A DNA stretch of 64,000 nt, taken from Candidatus Omnitrophota bacterium (GTDB taxonomy: Bacteria > Omnitrophota > Gorgyraeia > Zapsychrales > Fredricksoniimonadaceae). Where the stretch lies: the NCBI GenBank assembly GCA_016201795.1, contig JACQCF010000018.1:2820-66819 (forward strand). The letters are read 5' to 3'. Below are positions 1 through 9,397 of this stretch, one piece after another (the stretch's first letter is position 1; every line of letters starts with the position of its first letter). The position numbers and the translations under genes are program-made. The notes below the pieces were generated by a model. That model did no database searches, was not told where the DNA came from, and saw nothing but the letters and a program-made list of their open reading frames with translations.

Positions 1-138
1 AGTTTAGAGGTGGCGGCTGGCCTTGCTCCGTTGGATGTCAACCAGATGGCCTTTGATGCAACATTGATGCATAAAGTTTTTAAGGGCGAGGCAATGCCCA
101 AGGAAATTGACCGCTTCAAAAAAGAAGGCAGGGCATGA
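1..138 (+). CDS. VapB-type antitoxin, C-terminal fragment (5' end lies outside the window)
   Basis: An open frame runs in from the window edge (…FKKEGRA*). Its TGA overlaps the ATG of the downstream PIN-domain gene (ATGA coupling), the classic antitoxin-toxin arrangement. Confidence 0.4.
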   Translation, partial: SLEVAAGLAPLDVNQMAFDATLMHKVFKGEAMPKEIDRFKKEGRA

Positions 139-530
139 TCGTAGCGGACGCAAATTTAGTTGCCTATTATTATCTACCGGGACCTTTTCAACCACTAGCT
201 CAAAGAATCATACAGAAAGATCCTGTTTGGTTTGTTCCACCAATTCTAGTGTTGGAGTTTCGCAATATCCTTCTTGGTTTTGTTAGAGGCAAGCAACTTC
301 ATAAGAAGGATGCTATTGAGCTTGCTGTCAGAGTGGAGCTTATTTTTAGCCAGCGAACAAAAGGGGGTTCATCGGCTCAAGTGATGGATTTAGCCTGCGA
401 CTCTGGATGTTCAGCATATGATGCAGAATATATTGCTCTGGCGCAGATGATGGGTGTAAAGTTAGTAACCAACGATAAATATTTGTTGAATGCTTTTCCA
501 AAAGTGGCAGTGGCGCTGGAGGATTTTTAA
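135..530 (+). CDS. vapC: PIN-domain ribonuclease toxin (VapC family)
   Basis: 131 aa. N-terminal IVADANLV with the conserved Asp, LEFRN Glu, DAEYIALA, and C-terminal TNDK. This is the typical VapC acidic quartet layout. Confidence 0.75.
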   Translation: MIVADANLVAYYYLPGPFQPLAQRIIQKDPVWFVPPILVLEFRNILLGFVRGKQLHKKDAIELAVRVELIFSQRTKGGSSAQVMDLACDSGCSAYDAEYIALAQMMGVKLVTNDKYLLNAFPKVAVALEDF

Positions 531-669
531 GAAATTTCGCATTAAAGAGTCATTATGTAGAGGGTTTTTCTTCCTTGGCTGGTTCTCAATGTTGCAGCAT
601 CCCCTATAATAAATTAAAGAAATAGTTGTTTTCTGGCAGTTTAATTGTTTTCTGCTATACTTAACCTTT

Positions 670-2637
670 ATGGTATTCAATAAAATTAAAAATATCCTCA
701 TGGGTAAGGCTTTAAGCCTGCAAGACCAGGGTCTGGCCCAGCGGATGTCCCTGATTGCCTTTTTTGCCTGGGTTGGCTTAGGGGCAGACGGGATGTCATC
801 TTCCTGTTATGGTCCGGAACAAGCCTATTTGGCCTTACAGGGGCATAGTCATTTGAGCATTTTCGTAGCGATTGCCTCGGCTTTGACGGTTTTTATCATC
901 TCCGCCAGCTATAGTCAGATCATCGAACTGTTTCCTCAAGGCGGCGGGGGGTATCTGGTCGCCAGCCGCCTGCTGTCGCCTAATGTGGGCATGGTCTCCG
1001 GATGCGCCCTTTTAATTGATTATCTTTTAACCATCGCGATTTCCTTGGCCAGCGGCACCGATGCTCTGTTTAGCTTTCTTCCTTTAGAATGGCAGAGTCA
1101 TAAGGTCGCCTTTTGTGCGGGAAGTATTTTACTTTTGACTTTCTTGAACATGCGCGGAGTTAAGGAATCTGTTTTGCCCCTGGTGCCGATCTTTCTGATA
1201 TTTATTATCACCCATGTGTTCATGATCATTTATGCTATCTATATCCATATCAACACCGTCCCTGCCCTGATCGCCTCGACCCAAAACGACATTCATCAGA
1301 CCTATCAGCAAATTGGTTTAGCCGGCATGATCTTTCTGATTTTAAAATCCTACAGCATCGGCGCCGGAACTTATACGGGTATTGAAGCGGTCAGCAATGG
1401 TTTGCCGATTTTGCGCGAACCAAGGGTGAAAACCGGCAAGCGTACCATGCTGTATATGTCGGTATCTCTGGCCTTTACTGTTTTAGGGCTGATGCTGGCC
1501 TATTTGATTTATGATGTCGGCTCACAGCCGGGTAAAACCCTTAACGCGGTTTTGTTTGAAACGATCTCCGGTCATTGGGGGGGCGGCGGGCAAGCCTTTG
1601 TGTATGTAAGCCTTTTGGCCGAGGCTTTTATCCTTTTTGTGGCTGCCCAAAGCGGATTTTTAGGGGGGCCAAGAGTTCTGGCGAATATGGCCATTGACCG
1701 CTGGTTTCCGACCAGGTTTGCTTCTCTGAGCGACCGTTTAGTGACTCAAAAAGGCGTGCTTTTGATGGGAGCGGGCGCTTTAATCACCGTGCTGGCCACC
1801 CAAGCTTCGGTCAAATACTTGGTGGTGCTTTACAGTATCAATGTGTTTGTGACCTTTTCTCTGTCGCAGTTAGGGATGGTGCGCTATTGGTGGGGGGTGC
1901 GTCGTGAGATGCGGGATTGGTTGGGAAGGATTTCAATCAATAGCATCAGTCTGGTGTTAACCACCTTTATTCTGGTGGCGGTGGTTATTTTAAAATTCCA
2001 TGAAGGCGGCTGGGTGACCATGCTTATTACCGGCTCGCTGATTGTTCTGGCGGTTGTGATCAAGCGGCATTATCTGGAAACAGCCAAACAATTGAGGCGT
2101 TTGAATAATCTGGTGCAGGCGGCTTATGTTTCTGTGCAGGACAATGGTCAGCCTGCGCCGGTTAAACCGTCTCTGGATTCCAATTCAAAGACAGCGGTTT
2201 TGGTGGTCAATGGTTTTAATGGGCTGGGGCTTCACACGCTCTTTAACGTGATTCGTCTTTTTAGCAAAGAGTTTAAGAATTTTGTTTTTGTTCAGGTGGG
2301 AGTTGTTGATGCCGGTAACTATAAGGGGGCGGAGGATGTCAAAAGTCTTCAGCAAAAGGTCAGCCAGGATATTGAGCGTTACGTGCGTTTTATGAATGCG
2401 CAAAACTGTTACGCGGAAAGTTTGACTTTGACCGGTACGGATGTGATCGATGAGGTGGAGAAGATAAGCCCCAGCCTCGTGCAACGCCTGCCGGGAGTGG
2501 TATTTTTCGGCGGACAAATCGTCTTTGAAAAGGAAACCTTTTTGACCAGATGGCTGCATAACTATACCGTGTTTTCTTTGCAGAGGCGTTTGTACAATTA
2601 CGGCATTCCCTTCATGGTCATGCCTATCCGTGTCTAG
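670..2637 (+). CDS. APC-superfamily transporter with a ~200-aa C-terminal cytoplasmic domain (KimA-like K+ or amino-acid transporter)
   Basis: 655 aa. The APC signature region is GGGGYLVASRLLSPNVGMVSGCALLIDYLLTIAISLASG, and about 12 TM helices are predicted by eye. The soluble C-terminal extension resembles the KimA architecture. Confidence 0.7.
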   Translation: MVFNKIKNILMGKALSLQDQGLAQRMSLIAFFAWVGLGADGMSSSCYGPEQAYLALQGHSHLSIFVAIASALTVFIISASYSQIIELFPQGGGGYLVASRLLSPNVGMVSGCALLIDYLLTIAISLASGTDALFSFLPLEWQSHKVAFCAGSILLLTFLNMRGVKESVLPLVPIFLIFIITHVFMIIYAIYIHINTVPALIASTQNDIHQTYQQIGLAGMIFLILKSYSIGAGTYTGIEAVSNGLPILREPRVKTGKRTMLYMSVSLAFTVLGLMLAYLIYDVGSQPGKTLNAVLFETISGHWGGGGQAFVYVSLLAEAFILFVAAQSGFLGGPRVLANMAIDRWFPTRFASLSDRLVTQKGVLLMGAGALITVLATQASVKYLVVLYSINVFVTFSLSQLGMVRYWWGVRREMRDWLGRISINSISLVLTTFILVAVVILKFHEGGWVTMLITGSLIVLAVVIKRHYLETAKQLRRLNNLVQAAYVSVQDNGQPAPVKPSLDSNSKTAVLVVNGFNGLGLHTLFNVIRLFSKEFKNFVFVQVGVVDAGNYKGAEDVKSLQQKVSQDIERYVRFMNAQNCYAESLTLTGTDVIDEVEKISPSLVQRLPGVVFFGGQIVFEKETFLTRWLHNYTVFSLQRRLYNYGIPFMVMPIRV

Positions 2638-2651
2638 GGGTCACCACCAGT

Positions 2652-2906
2652 ATGGCTAAATTAAAATTAGATCTGCATGATATCTTCAGCAACGGCAAAG
2701 CCATTGAATCAGAGCTAAACCGCCTCATCCAGGAAGCTGTGGCTAAAAAGATTTCTTTGGTGGAAATCATCCCCGGTAAAGGCAGCGGCCAGCTGAAAAA
2801 GAGCGTTTTGCGTTTTTTACAGCAAAAGCATATCAAAGCGCTGTACCACCGGCTTGAAAAAGATGATAAGAATTTTGGCCGGGTTTTCGTTCATTTCAGA
2901 TTTTAG
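2652..2906 (+). CDS. Smr-domain protein
   Basis: 84 aa. The LDLHD…VEIIPGKGSG…VLRFL pattern matches the Smr (small MutS-related) domain. Confidence 0.7.
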   Translation: MAKLKLDLHDIFSNGKAIESELNRLIQEAVAKKISLVEIIPGKGSGQLKKSVLRFLQQKHIKALYHRLEKDDKNFGRVFVHFRF

Positions 2907-2997
2907 CTGAATTTTTTTCAGGGCGCCTGCCATAATTTTGCTTGTCATTTTTTCCTCCGGAGGATATACTTAAGATACTTTAATTTAAGGAGAGGTC

Positions 2998-3387
2998 ATG
3001 TTGGAAAACCGACGACATTTGCGTATTCGACAGCTCATGGACGTCACCTGGAACATGCCCGGGGAAGACCTTGCCGGGCAGGGCCAGATCATCAACATCA
3101 GCGCCTCTGGTATTTTTCTGCAGATCGATAGTAGTTTCAGGCCGTTGGATAAATGTGTTTTGTCCATTGATCCTGAAATCAGCCAAGAAAAACCACCTTT
3201 TTTGACCAAAAAAGGCCGGGTTGTCTGGTTTCGTAAAATCCAAAGCCCTCATTACAGTTACCAGTGCGGTCTGGAGTTTTTAAAGGAACATATTTTTGAT
3301 CAAACCTTAAGCGATTGGCTTGAAACTAAAACCACCCAGTTAGCTCAAACCATGAATGTCAATATTCTTAATAATTATGTGGCTTAG
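2998..3387 (+). CDS. PilZ-domain protein (putative c-di-GMP receptor)
   Basis: 129 aa. N-terminal RRHLRIR (RxxxR) followed by NISASGIFL (D/NxSxxG). There is a good RBS (aaggagagg) 6 nt upstream. Confidence 0.7.
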   Translation: MLENRRHLRIRQLMDVTWNMPGEDLAGQGQIINISASGIFLQIDSSFRPLDKCVLSIDPEISQEKPPFLTKKGRVVWFRKIQSPHYSYQCGLEFLKEHIFDQTLSDWLETKTTQLAQTMNVNILNNYVA

Positions 3388-3405
3388 AACACAAAGGAGT
3401 CTAAC

Positions 3406-4224
3406 GTGGCAGAAACAGTTTTGAATCAAGAAGAACAAAACATGGATGTCAACAAAAAAAACAGGAAACTTAAACAAGGCCGTGGCTTTTTTCACCTTAA
3501 TAACCCTGTTTTAGGCATTGTTGTACTCCTGGTGGTGATCGGTGTCACAGCGTATGTGTTAAAATTACAGCATGACAATACTCAGATTTTTGCGCAGTCC
3601 AGTGATTTGGCTTTAAGCGCGGGGGGAGCTCAGGCGGCCAATTATCGCTCTTATGTTCAGCAATATAAAGATACCAGAGCCCAGTTGGAAGAAACTACCC
3701 GTAAATTGGAAGCAGTAACCAGTCAACTCAATAATGTCACCGTACAGTTGGATACTACCAAAGGCATGCTGGCTCAAACTCAAGCCATGCTCGCTCAAAC
3801 CCAGCTTGAGAATGCCAAATTAAAGGAAGATTTGCAAAGTTTAGATGGTCTTCGCTCCAGCGAGAATGTGCAAAATACCTCTAACTTGGAAGCTAGAATT
3901 TCCGCCCTTAAAGCAAAAAATGCTCAAACCGATATCGAGCTCAGTGATCTAAAAACACAATTACGCACTTTTCAGGCTGATTTTTCAACCCTGGAACAGG
4001 GCCGTTCCTTAATCCGTCTATTTCAGAATAAAATTAGATTGGTCAAAAACCGTATGCGTTATTTAGAGAGGGAGGCTTATTTGGCGAAAGTCGCCGCTCA
4101 AAAAGAACGCGACCGCATTGCTACGCTCAACGGCAATAGCGGTTTTGTGTTTCGCAACGGTGAGTTTCAAAAGCCTCGTGGTACTAATAAAAACTTTTTC
4201 ATTGATGTAAGAATGGTGCAATAA
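3406..4224 (+). CDS. Membrane-anchored coiled-coil protein, function unknown
   Basis: 272 aa. One N-terminal TM helix (VLGIVVLLVVIGVTAYVL) is followed by a long heptad-rich, Q/L/E-rich segment. The start lies 19 nt after the PilZ gene stop. Confidence 0.6.
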   Translation: MAETVLNQEEQNMDVNKKNRKLKQGRGFFHLNNPVLGIVVLLVVIGVTAYVLKLQHDNTQIFAQSSDLALSAGGAQAANYRSYVQQYKDTRAQLEETTRKLEAVTSQLNNVTVQLDTTKGMLAQTQAMLAQTQLENAKLKEDLQSLDGLRSSENVQNTSNLEARISALKAKNAQTDIELSDLKTQLRTFQADFSTLEQGRSLIRLFQNKIRLVKNRMRYLEREAYLAKVAAQKERDRIATLNGNSGFVFRNGEFQKPRGTNKNFFIDVRMVQ

Positions 4225-4248
4225 GATAACATGGAAGGTGAATAAAGA

Positions 4249-4282
4249 GGGCGTATGAGCATATCATACGCCTTTTGTTTTT
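4249..4282 (+). terminator. Rho-independent terminator after the coiled-coil gene
   Basis: Stem gggcgtatga / tcatacgcc (9-10 bp), loop gcata, then ttttgttttt. Confidence 0.5.
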
Positions 4283-4291
4283 CTAAAAGCA

Positions 4292-4320
4292 TTGAAATCT
4301 CGTCAGAAAATCGTTAGTAT
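4292..4320 (+). promoter_or_regulatory. Sigma70-like promoter upstream of the GatB/YqeY-domain gene
   Basis: TTGAAA, a 17-nt spacer, then TAGTAT. The RBS aaggagg and the ATG at 4351 follow. Confidence 0.4.
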
Positions 4321-4350
4321 AGAAGGCATTTAAGGTAAGGAGGCTAGGGT

Positions 4351-4806
4351 ATGTCATTAGAAGACAAAATTGTGCAAGATTATGTAGCGGCCATGAAACA
4401 GAGGGATACGTTTCTCTCCTCGGTATTAAGTTTCTTACGCGCGCAGATCAAAAACGTCAAAATCGACAAACGTGTGGAAAAAATTTCTGACCAAGAGGTG
4501 GTCGTGGTCATTAGGAAACAGCTTAAACAGCGTCAAGACTCGATAGCGCAGTTTAAAGCCGGCCAACGCATGGATTTGGCGGAAAAAGAAGAGAAGGAAG
4601 CCGCCGTGCTACAAGGTTATTTACCCGCCCAGGCTTCGCATGAGGTGATTCAAGCGGCCGTCGAGGAAGCGATGAGCTCGACGTCAGCCTCCTCGATCAA
4701 AGATATGGGTAAGGTCATGAAAGAGGTTTTAGCTAAACTGGGGGCCCAAGCAGACCATCAGGTCGTCAGCGCTCTTGTCAAGGAGCGTCTAGGGAGAATG
4801 ACATGA
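4351..4806 (+). CDS. GatB/YqeY-domain protein
   Basis: 151 aa with the typical YqeY pattern (…YVAAMKQRD…LRAQIKN…LQGYLP…). Confidence 0.75.
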   Translation: MSLEDKIVQDYVAAMKQRDTFLSSVLSFLRAQIKNVKIDKRVEKISDQEVVVVIRKQLKQRQDSIAQFKAGQRMDLAEKEEKEAAVLQGYLPAQASHEVIQAAVEEAMSSTSASSIKDMGKVMKEVLAKLGAQADHQVVSALVKERLGRMT

Positions 4807-5600
4807 GAAGGATATTGGTACGGTTTTTTTTAATAGTTGGTATTACGATTGCCACGGTAGGTGTTGGTTTTACCTTTTGGCTGCGTGATCGTTATGTAGT
4901 GCCCATCATCACCTATCATCATGTTGGTGTTCCTTCCGACCGCTCCTTGTTTCTTAATACCGTCAGCGCAGAATCGTTTGAACGCCAGATGCAGTTTCTG
5001 AAAAGAAACGGTTTCGAGATCATCAGTTTTGATAGTTTGGTTAAAGGGATCCACCGAGGATTTTTGTTCAGGCGTGATACCGTGCTCATTCAATTCGACG
5101 ACGGCTATGAAGATAATTATGTCAATGCTTTGCCCATTCTTAAGAAATACGGGTTTCCAGCCATGGAATTTTTAATTTCTGATTTGATTGGCAAGAGAGG
5201 GTTTCTGACCTGGGATCAAGTGAAAGAAATGGAGGAAAATAATTTTGTCATGGGGGCCCACACGCGTACGCATGCCTATCTGCCGGATTTATCCCCACAG
5301 AAGATGCGGGATGAAATTGTGGGCAGTAAGAAAATTATTGAGCAACATTTAGGGCATTCCATCGATTATTTTGCTTATCCTTCGGGTGGTTTTAATGTAC
5401 CGGCCAAACAAATTGCTAAAGAAGCCGGTTTTCAAGCGGCGGTCACAACCAATCGAGGTAAAGACAGATATAATGAAGATTTATATGAATTGAAACGAAT
5501 CCGTATCAATGACAGGGACAGTCGTTTTGGCAGCATCATTATGTGGTTTAAATTATCTGGTTATTATAACTTATTTAGGAAGAGCAAAGATGGGGAATAA
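4803..5600 (+). CDS. Polysaccharide deacetylase (NodB-homology, CE4) with an N-terminal TM anchor
   Basis: 265 aa. Contains FDDGYEDNY, a TWDQVKEM-like motif, and GAHTRTH; these match the NodB motifs. The ATGA overlap with the upstream gene indicates coupling. Confidence 0.8.
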   Translation: MRRILVRFFLIVGITIATVGVGFTFWLRDRYVVPIITYHHVGVPSDRSLFLNTVSAESFERQMQFLKRNGFEIISFDSLVKGIHRGFLFRRDTVLIQFDDGYEDNYVNALPILKKYGFPAMEFLISDLIGKRGFLTWDQVKEMEENNFVMGAHTRTHAYLPDLSPQKMRDEIVGSKKIIEQHLGHSIDYFAYPSGGFNVPAKQIAKEAGFQAAVTTNRGKDRYNEDLYELKRIRINDRDSRFGSIIMWFKLSGYYNLFRKSKDGE

Positions 5601-5612
5601 AGAAAGGGATGT

Positions 5613-8600
5613 ATGCTCAAGCAGTACCGTTTGTGTGATGACGGCTCTTTTGTGATTGAAGATTATCAGCACCAGAAAGTTTTTTCTAATTTTTTCCCGG
5701 GGGTGGCCGGCCTCTGGGGTATCCCCATGTGGGCCTTTTACGTCAATCGCGGCCAAGCCATGAGTTCTTTTGGCATTGAATCCAAAGATAAAGCCATTTT
5801 AGAATTTCAGCCGGCTAATCGCGCCTATCGGTTAACCTCCCTGCAAGGCTTTCGCACCTTTTTGAAAATCCTCGACGGCAGAAGACAGAAATTCTATGAG
5901 CCTTTTGCCAATAGCCTGGGCAGTCCTTATAAGATCAGCCAGCGCATGACGATCAAAAGTCATGATTTGACTATCGAAGACGTCAACCAAACGTTGGGGC
6001 TTAAAATTCAGGTGAATTATTTTACCCTGCCTCAAGAGCCTTTCGCCGCTTTGGTGCGCCGGGTCACTTTAGAGAATATCTCCAAGAAAGAAATTCATCT
6101 GGAAGTAATGGATGGTTTGCCGGCGATTAATCCTTACGGGCTGAAGGACTGGCTGGGCAAACACATGTCCCGTACCGTCGAGGCGTGGATGGAGGTGCGT
6201 AATTTATCCAAAAAAGCCCCCTTCTATCAATTGAAAGCGGAAGTGGCGGATACCCCGCAAGTCACGCCCATTCAAGAGGGTCATTTCTATTTTGCTTTTG
6301 AGGAGTCTTCCCATCAATTATTGGATATGATCGTGGAAGCTGCTTGCATCTTCGGGCAGTCGAGTGATTTTTTGGTGCCGGAAGCTTTTATGGTTAGTCC
6401 AAAATTTGAGCTTAGCGCCCTTCAGCAAACATCCAACCGCACGCCGTGCGCGTTTAGTTTTAGCCGCCTGTCGTTAAAATCTCAACAGAGCTACACATGG
6501 ACAGCGATGGCAGGCTTCGCGCATGATCTAATGGAGCTTAATAGCGTAGTTAAAAAGTCCTTACGCAAAGGATACACGGATGAGAAAGCTCAGCAAAACC
6601 GTGAGATTATTGACGACATCAAAGGGTATTGTTTCACCAGAAGCTCATCGAAGGCTTTTGATGAGTATTGCGGCCAAAATTTTCTTGATAATATTTTGCG
6701 CGGGGGACTGCCGATTTCTTTGAGCACAGCCAAAGGCGCCGTCTCTTTTAATGTGTACAGCCGCAAGCACGGGGATTTGGAGCGCGATTACAATTTCTTT
6801 AACCTGGCGCCGACGTTTTTGTCGCAGGGCAACGGCAATTACCGTGACGTTAATCAAAACCGCCGCCACGACGGGTGGTTTAATCGCGACGTGGTGGATA
6901 GTGCGATTGTGAATTTCATGAATCTCATCCAGGCCGACGGCTACAATCCTCTGGTGGTCAAAGGATCAGCCTTTGATATCAGCGATGAGAGCGCCATGGA
7001 GGGTGTTATTAAAGAATTCGTCATCAGCGATGACGCTCCACCAGTCAAAGAGCTGTTGAAAAAAGGCTTTATGCCAGGGGATTTGTTGAAATTGGTTATA
7101 CGTCGGGGTTTGATTAAAGGCAACCCCAAAGACTTTTTAGCTAAAGTGCTTTCTTTCAGCCAAAAAAGGGAACAGGCAGATTTCGGCGAAGGTTTCTGGA
7201 GTGACCATTGGACTTATAATTTGGATTTGATGGAAAGCTATTTAAGTCTATATCCTGAGAAATTGCAGGATATTCTCATCGAGAAGAATGTTTTTAGTTT
7301 CCATCTCAGTGAAACTTACGTTCTGCCGCGTCACAAGAGGTATGTTTTAACGGACCGTGGCGTGCGGCAATACCATGCGCTGGCCGAACATGACAGAGAA
7401 GTCAAAGCCAAAGAAAAAGGTTATCAATTGCGCGTCAAAGCCGGTGGGGGGGATGTTTATCAAACTAACCTTTTGGTCAAAATCATATGCCTTTTGGCCA
7501 ATAAAGCCGCCAGCCTTGATCCGTCGGGTATCGGTATTGAAATGGAGGCCAATAAACCCAATTGGTATGATGCTTTAAACGGTTTGCCTGGGTTATTGGG
7601 CTCTTCCATCTGTGAGACCTTCGAGCTTAAACGCTGGGCTTTGTTTGTGCAAAATAGTTTGGATGAGCTAAAAAAAGCCCCTGAGCAAAAAGTGGAAGTT
7701 TTTGAAGAGCTGGCGGATTTCTTAACCGGTTTAACGCATCTTTTATCGACGGAAAAAGACAGTTTAAAGTACTGGCAGAAAGCCAATGATCTCAAAGAGC
7801 TTTATCGTCAAAACGTACGCTATGGCATCAGCGGCAGCCAAAAGACCATGACGATCGCAGAGCTCAAGAAGTTTTTGGAAGTGACCATCGCCAGGGTGAA
7901 TGCGGCGGTCTCCAAAGCCCGCTATGACAACGGTCTGTTTGCATCCTACTTTTATCATGAAGTCAGCGAATATGAAATCTTAGATAAGGCCCATCAAGGC
8001 GGGCATCATGTGAAGCCTTTGAAATTCCAGCGTCATGATTTGCCGCTGTTTTTGGAAGGCTTCGTGCATGCGCTGCGCGTTGGTGATGATATCCAAGCCC
8101 GGGGGTTGTTTCGGGCCCTCAAAAAGAGCCCCTTGTATGACCGCAAACTCGGCATGTATAAAGTCAATGCGGATCTTTCCAAAGAAACCGAAGAAATCGG
8201 ACGCGCCCGCGTTTTTCCGTCGGGATGGCTGGAGAATGAATCCGTGTGGCTGCATATGGAGTACAAATATTTTCTGGAGCTTTTACGTCACGGCCTGACA
8301 GGAGAATTTTTTGAAGAAATCAAAACCAGCCTCGTTCCTTTTCTGGATCCTGCCTGTTACGGTCGAAGTATCCTTGAGAATTCTTCGTTTATTGTCAGTT
8401 CGGCGCATGAGGATAAGAATTTGTGGGGCCAAGGTTTTGTGGCACGTTTATCGGGCAGCACGGCGGAATTTTTGCATATATGGCTTATGATGAATGTGGG
8501 CCTTAAGCCTTTTGCCGTCAAAGACGGCCAGCTGACACTAACGTTTGCGCCGCTGCTTGCCGGCTGGTTGTTTAGTGTCCAAGAAAAAGGGGATTTGCCG

Positions 8601-8825
8601 GCCAATACGTATGCTTTTAAATTTTTAGCCAAAACTTTGGTGGTGTATCATAATCCTCTGCGTCAAGATACGTTTGGCCCCAAAGCAGCGGTTGCTTCCA
8701 AAATGATTTTGACCTATCCGGATAAACGCCCTAAACTGGAGCAGACTGGCAGCGTCATTACCGGCGCTTTAGCCCAGGATGTTCGTCAGGGACGCTTGCA
8801 GCGAATTGATATTATTCTTGAGTAA
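5613..8825 (+). CDS. Large conserved protein of unknown function; possibly an (alpha/alpha)6-barrel glycoside hydrolase/phosphorylase-like enzyme
   Basis: 1070-aa uninterrupted ORF with no TM helix or signal peptide. Segments such as NGNYRDVNQNRRHDGWFNRD and GFWSDHWTYNLDL are reminiscent of glycoside hydrolase/phosphorylase catalytic barrels. The functional call is tentative. Confidence 0.75.
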   Translation: MLKQYRLCDDGSFVIEDYQHQKVFSNFFPGVAGLWGIPMWAFYVNRGQAMSSFGIESKDKAILEFQPANRAYRLTSLQGFRTFLKILDGRRQKFYEPFANSLGSPYKISQRMTIKSHDLTIEDVNQTLGLKIQVNYFTLPQEPFAALVRRVTLENISKKEIHLEVMDGLPAINPYGLKDWLGKHMSRTVEAWMEVRNLSKKAPFYQLKAEVADTPQVTPIQEGHFYFAFEESSHQLLDMIVEAACIFGQSSDFLVPEAFMVSPKFELSALQQTSNRTPCAFSFSRLSLKSQQSYTWTAMAGFAHDLMELNSVVKKSLRKGYTDEKAQQNREIIDDIKGYCFTRSSSKAFDEYCGQNFLDNILRGGLPISLSTAKGAVSFNVYSRKHGDLERDYNFFNLAPTFLSQGNGNYRDVNQNRRHDGWFNRDVVDSAIVNFMNLIQADGYNPLVVKGSAFDISDESAMEGVIKEFVISDDAPPVKELLKKGFMPGDLLKLVIRRGLIKGNPKDFLAKVLSFSQKREQADFGEGFWSDHWTYNLDLMESYLSLYPEKLQDILIEKNVFSFHLSETYVLPRHKRYVLTDRGVRQYHALAEHDREVKAKEKGYQLRVKAGGGDVYQTNLLVKIICLLANKAASLDPSGIGIEMEANKPNWYDALNGLPGLLGSSICETFELKRWALFVQNSLDELKKAPEQKVEVFEELADFLTGLTHLLSTEKDSLKYWQKANDLKELYRQNVRYGISGSQKTMTIAELKKFLEVTIARVNAAVSKARYDNGLFASYFYHEVSEYEILDKAHQGGHHVKPLKFQRHDLPLFLEGFVHALRVGDDIQARGLFRALKKSPLYDRKLGMYKVNADLSKETEEIGRARVFPSGWLENESVWLHMEYKYFLELLRHGLTGEFFEEIKTSLVPFLDPACYGRSILENSSFIVSSAHEDKNLWGQGFVARLSGSTAEFLHIWLMMNVGLKPFAVKDGQLTLTFAPLLAGWLFSVQEKGDLPANTYAFKFLAKTLVVYHNPLRQDTFGPKAAVASKMILTYPDKRPKLEQTGSVITGALAQDVRQGRLQRIDIILE

Positions 8826-8874
8826 TATGTCGTCTTACGTTTGAAATATAATCTTGTTAGGAGGGGATTGGACA

Positions 8875-9396
8875 ATGAAAAAACCTTTAGTAGGCATTAT
8901 CATGGGCAGTCCATCGGATTTAAAAATTATGGGTGCGGCAGCGGATATTCTCCAGGAGCTGGGCGTGTCTTATGAAATCACCATTATTTCTGCTCACCGT
9001 GCTCCCAAGCGTACGTTTGATTATGCTCAAAGTGCCCTGAGCCGCGGATTGAAGGTCATTATCGCCGGGGCCGGTGGGGCCGCTCATTTGCCAGGGGTGG
9101 TGGCGGCTTTAACGACCTTGCCGACGATTGGGGTTCCGATCAGGTCTTCTCATTCTATAGAGGGCTTAGATTCTTTATTATCTATCGCACAAATGCCTCC
9201 CGGCGTGCCGGTAGCGACGATGGCCATTAACGGCGCTCAAAACGCCGGACTTTTGGCCGCCCAAATCATTGGTACTTATGATCGGTCTTTAAGCCGGAAA
9301 TTAAGCGGATATAAAAAGATTTTAAAAAATAAAGTCGAGGTCTCCGCGAAGACTCTGAAAATCAAAGGTCATCGCGCTTTGAGAGCCCTGAAGTAA
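8875..9396 (+). CDS. purE: N5-carboxyaminoimidazole ribonucleotide mutase
   Basis: MKKPLVGIIMGSPSD…AGGAAHLPGVVAA is the PurE signature. The RBS aggagggg lies upstream. The ORF-track start at 8854 is less likely. Confidence 0.9.
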   Translation: MKKPLVGIIMGSPSDLKIMGAAADILQELGVSYEITIISAHRAPKRTFDYAQSALSRGLKVIIAGAGGAAHLPGVVAALTTLPTIGVPIRSSHSIEGLDSLLSIAQMPPGVPVATMAINGAQNAGLLAAQIIGTYDRSLSRKLSGYKKILKNKVEVSAKTLKIKGHRALRALK

Positions 9397-9397
9397 A

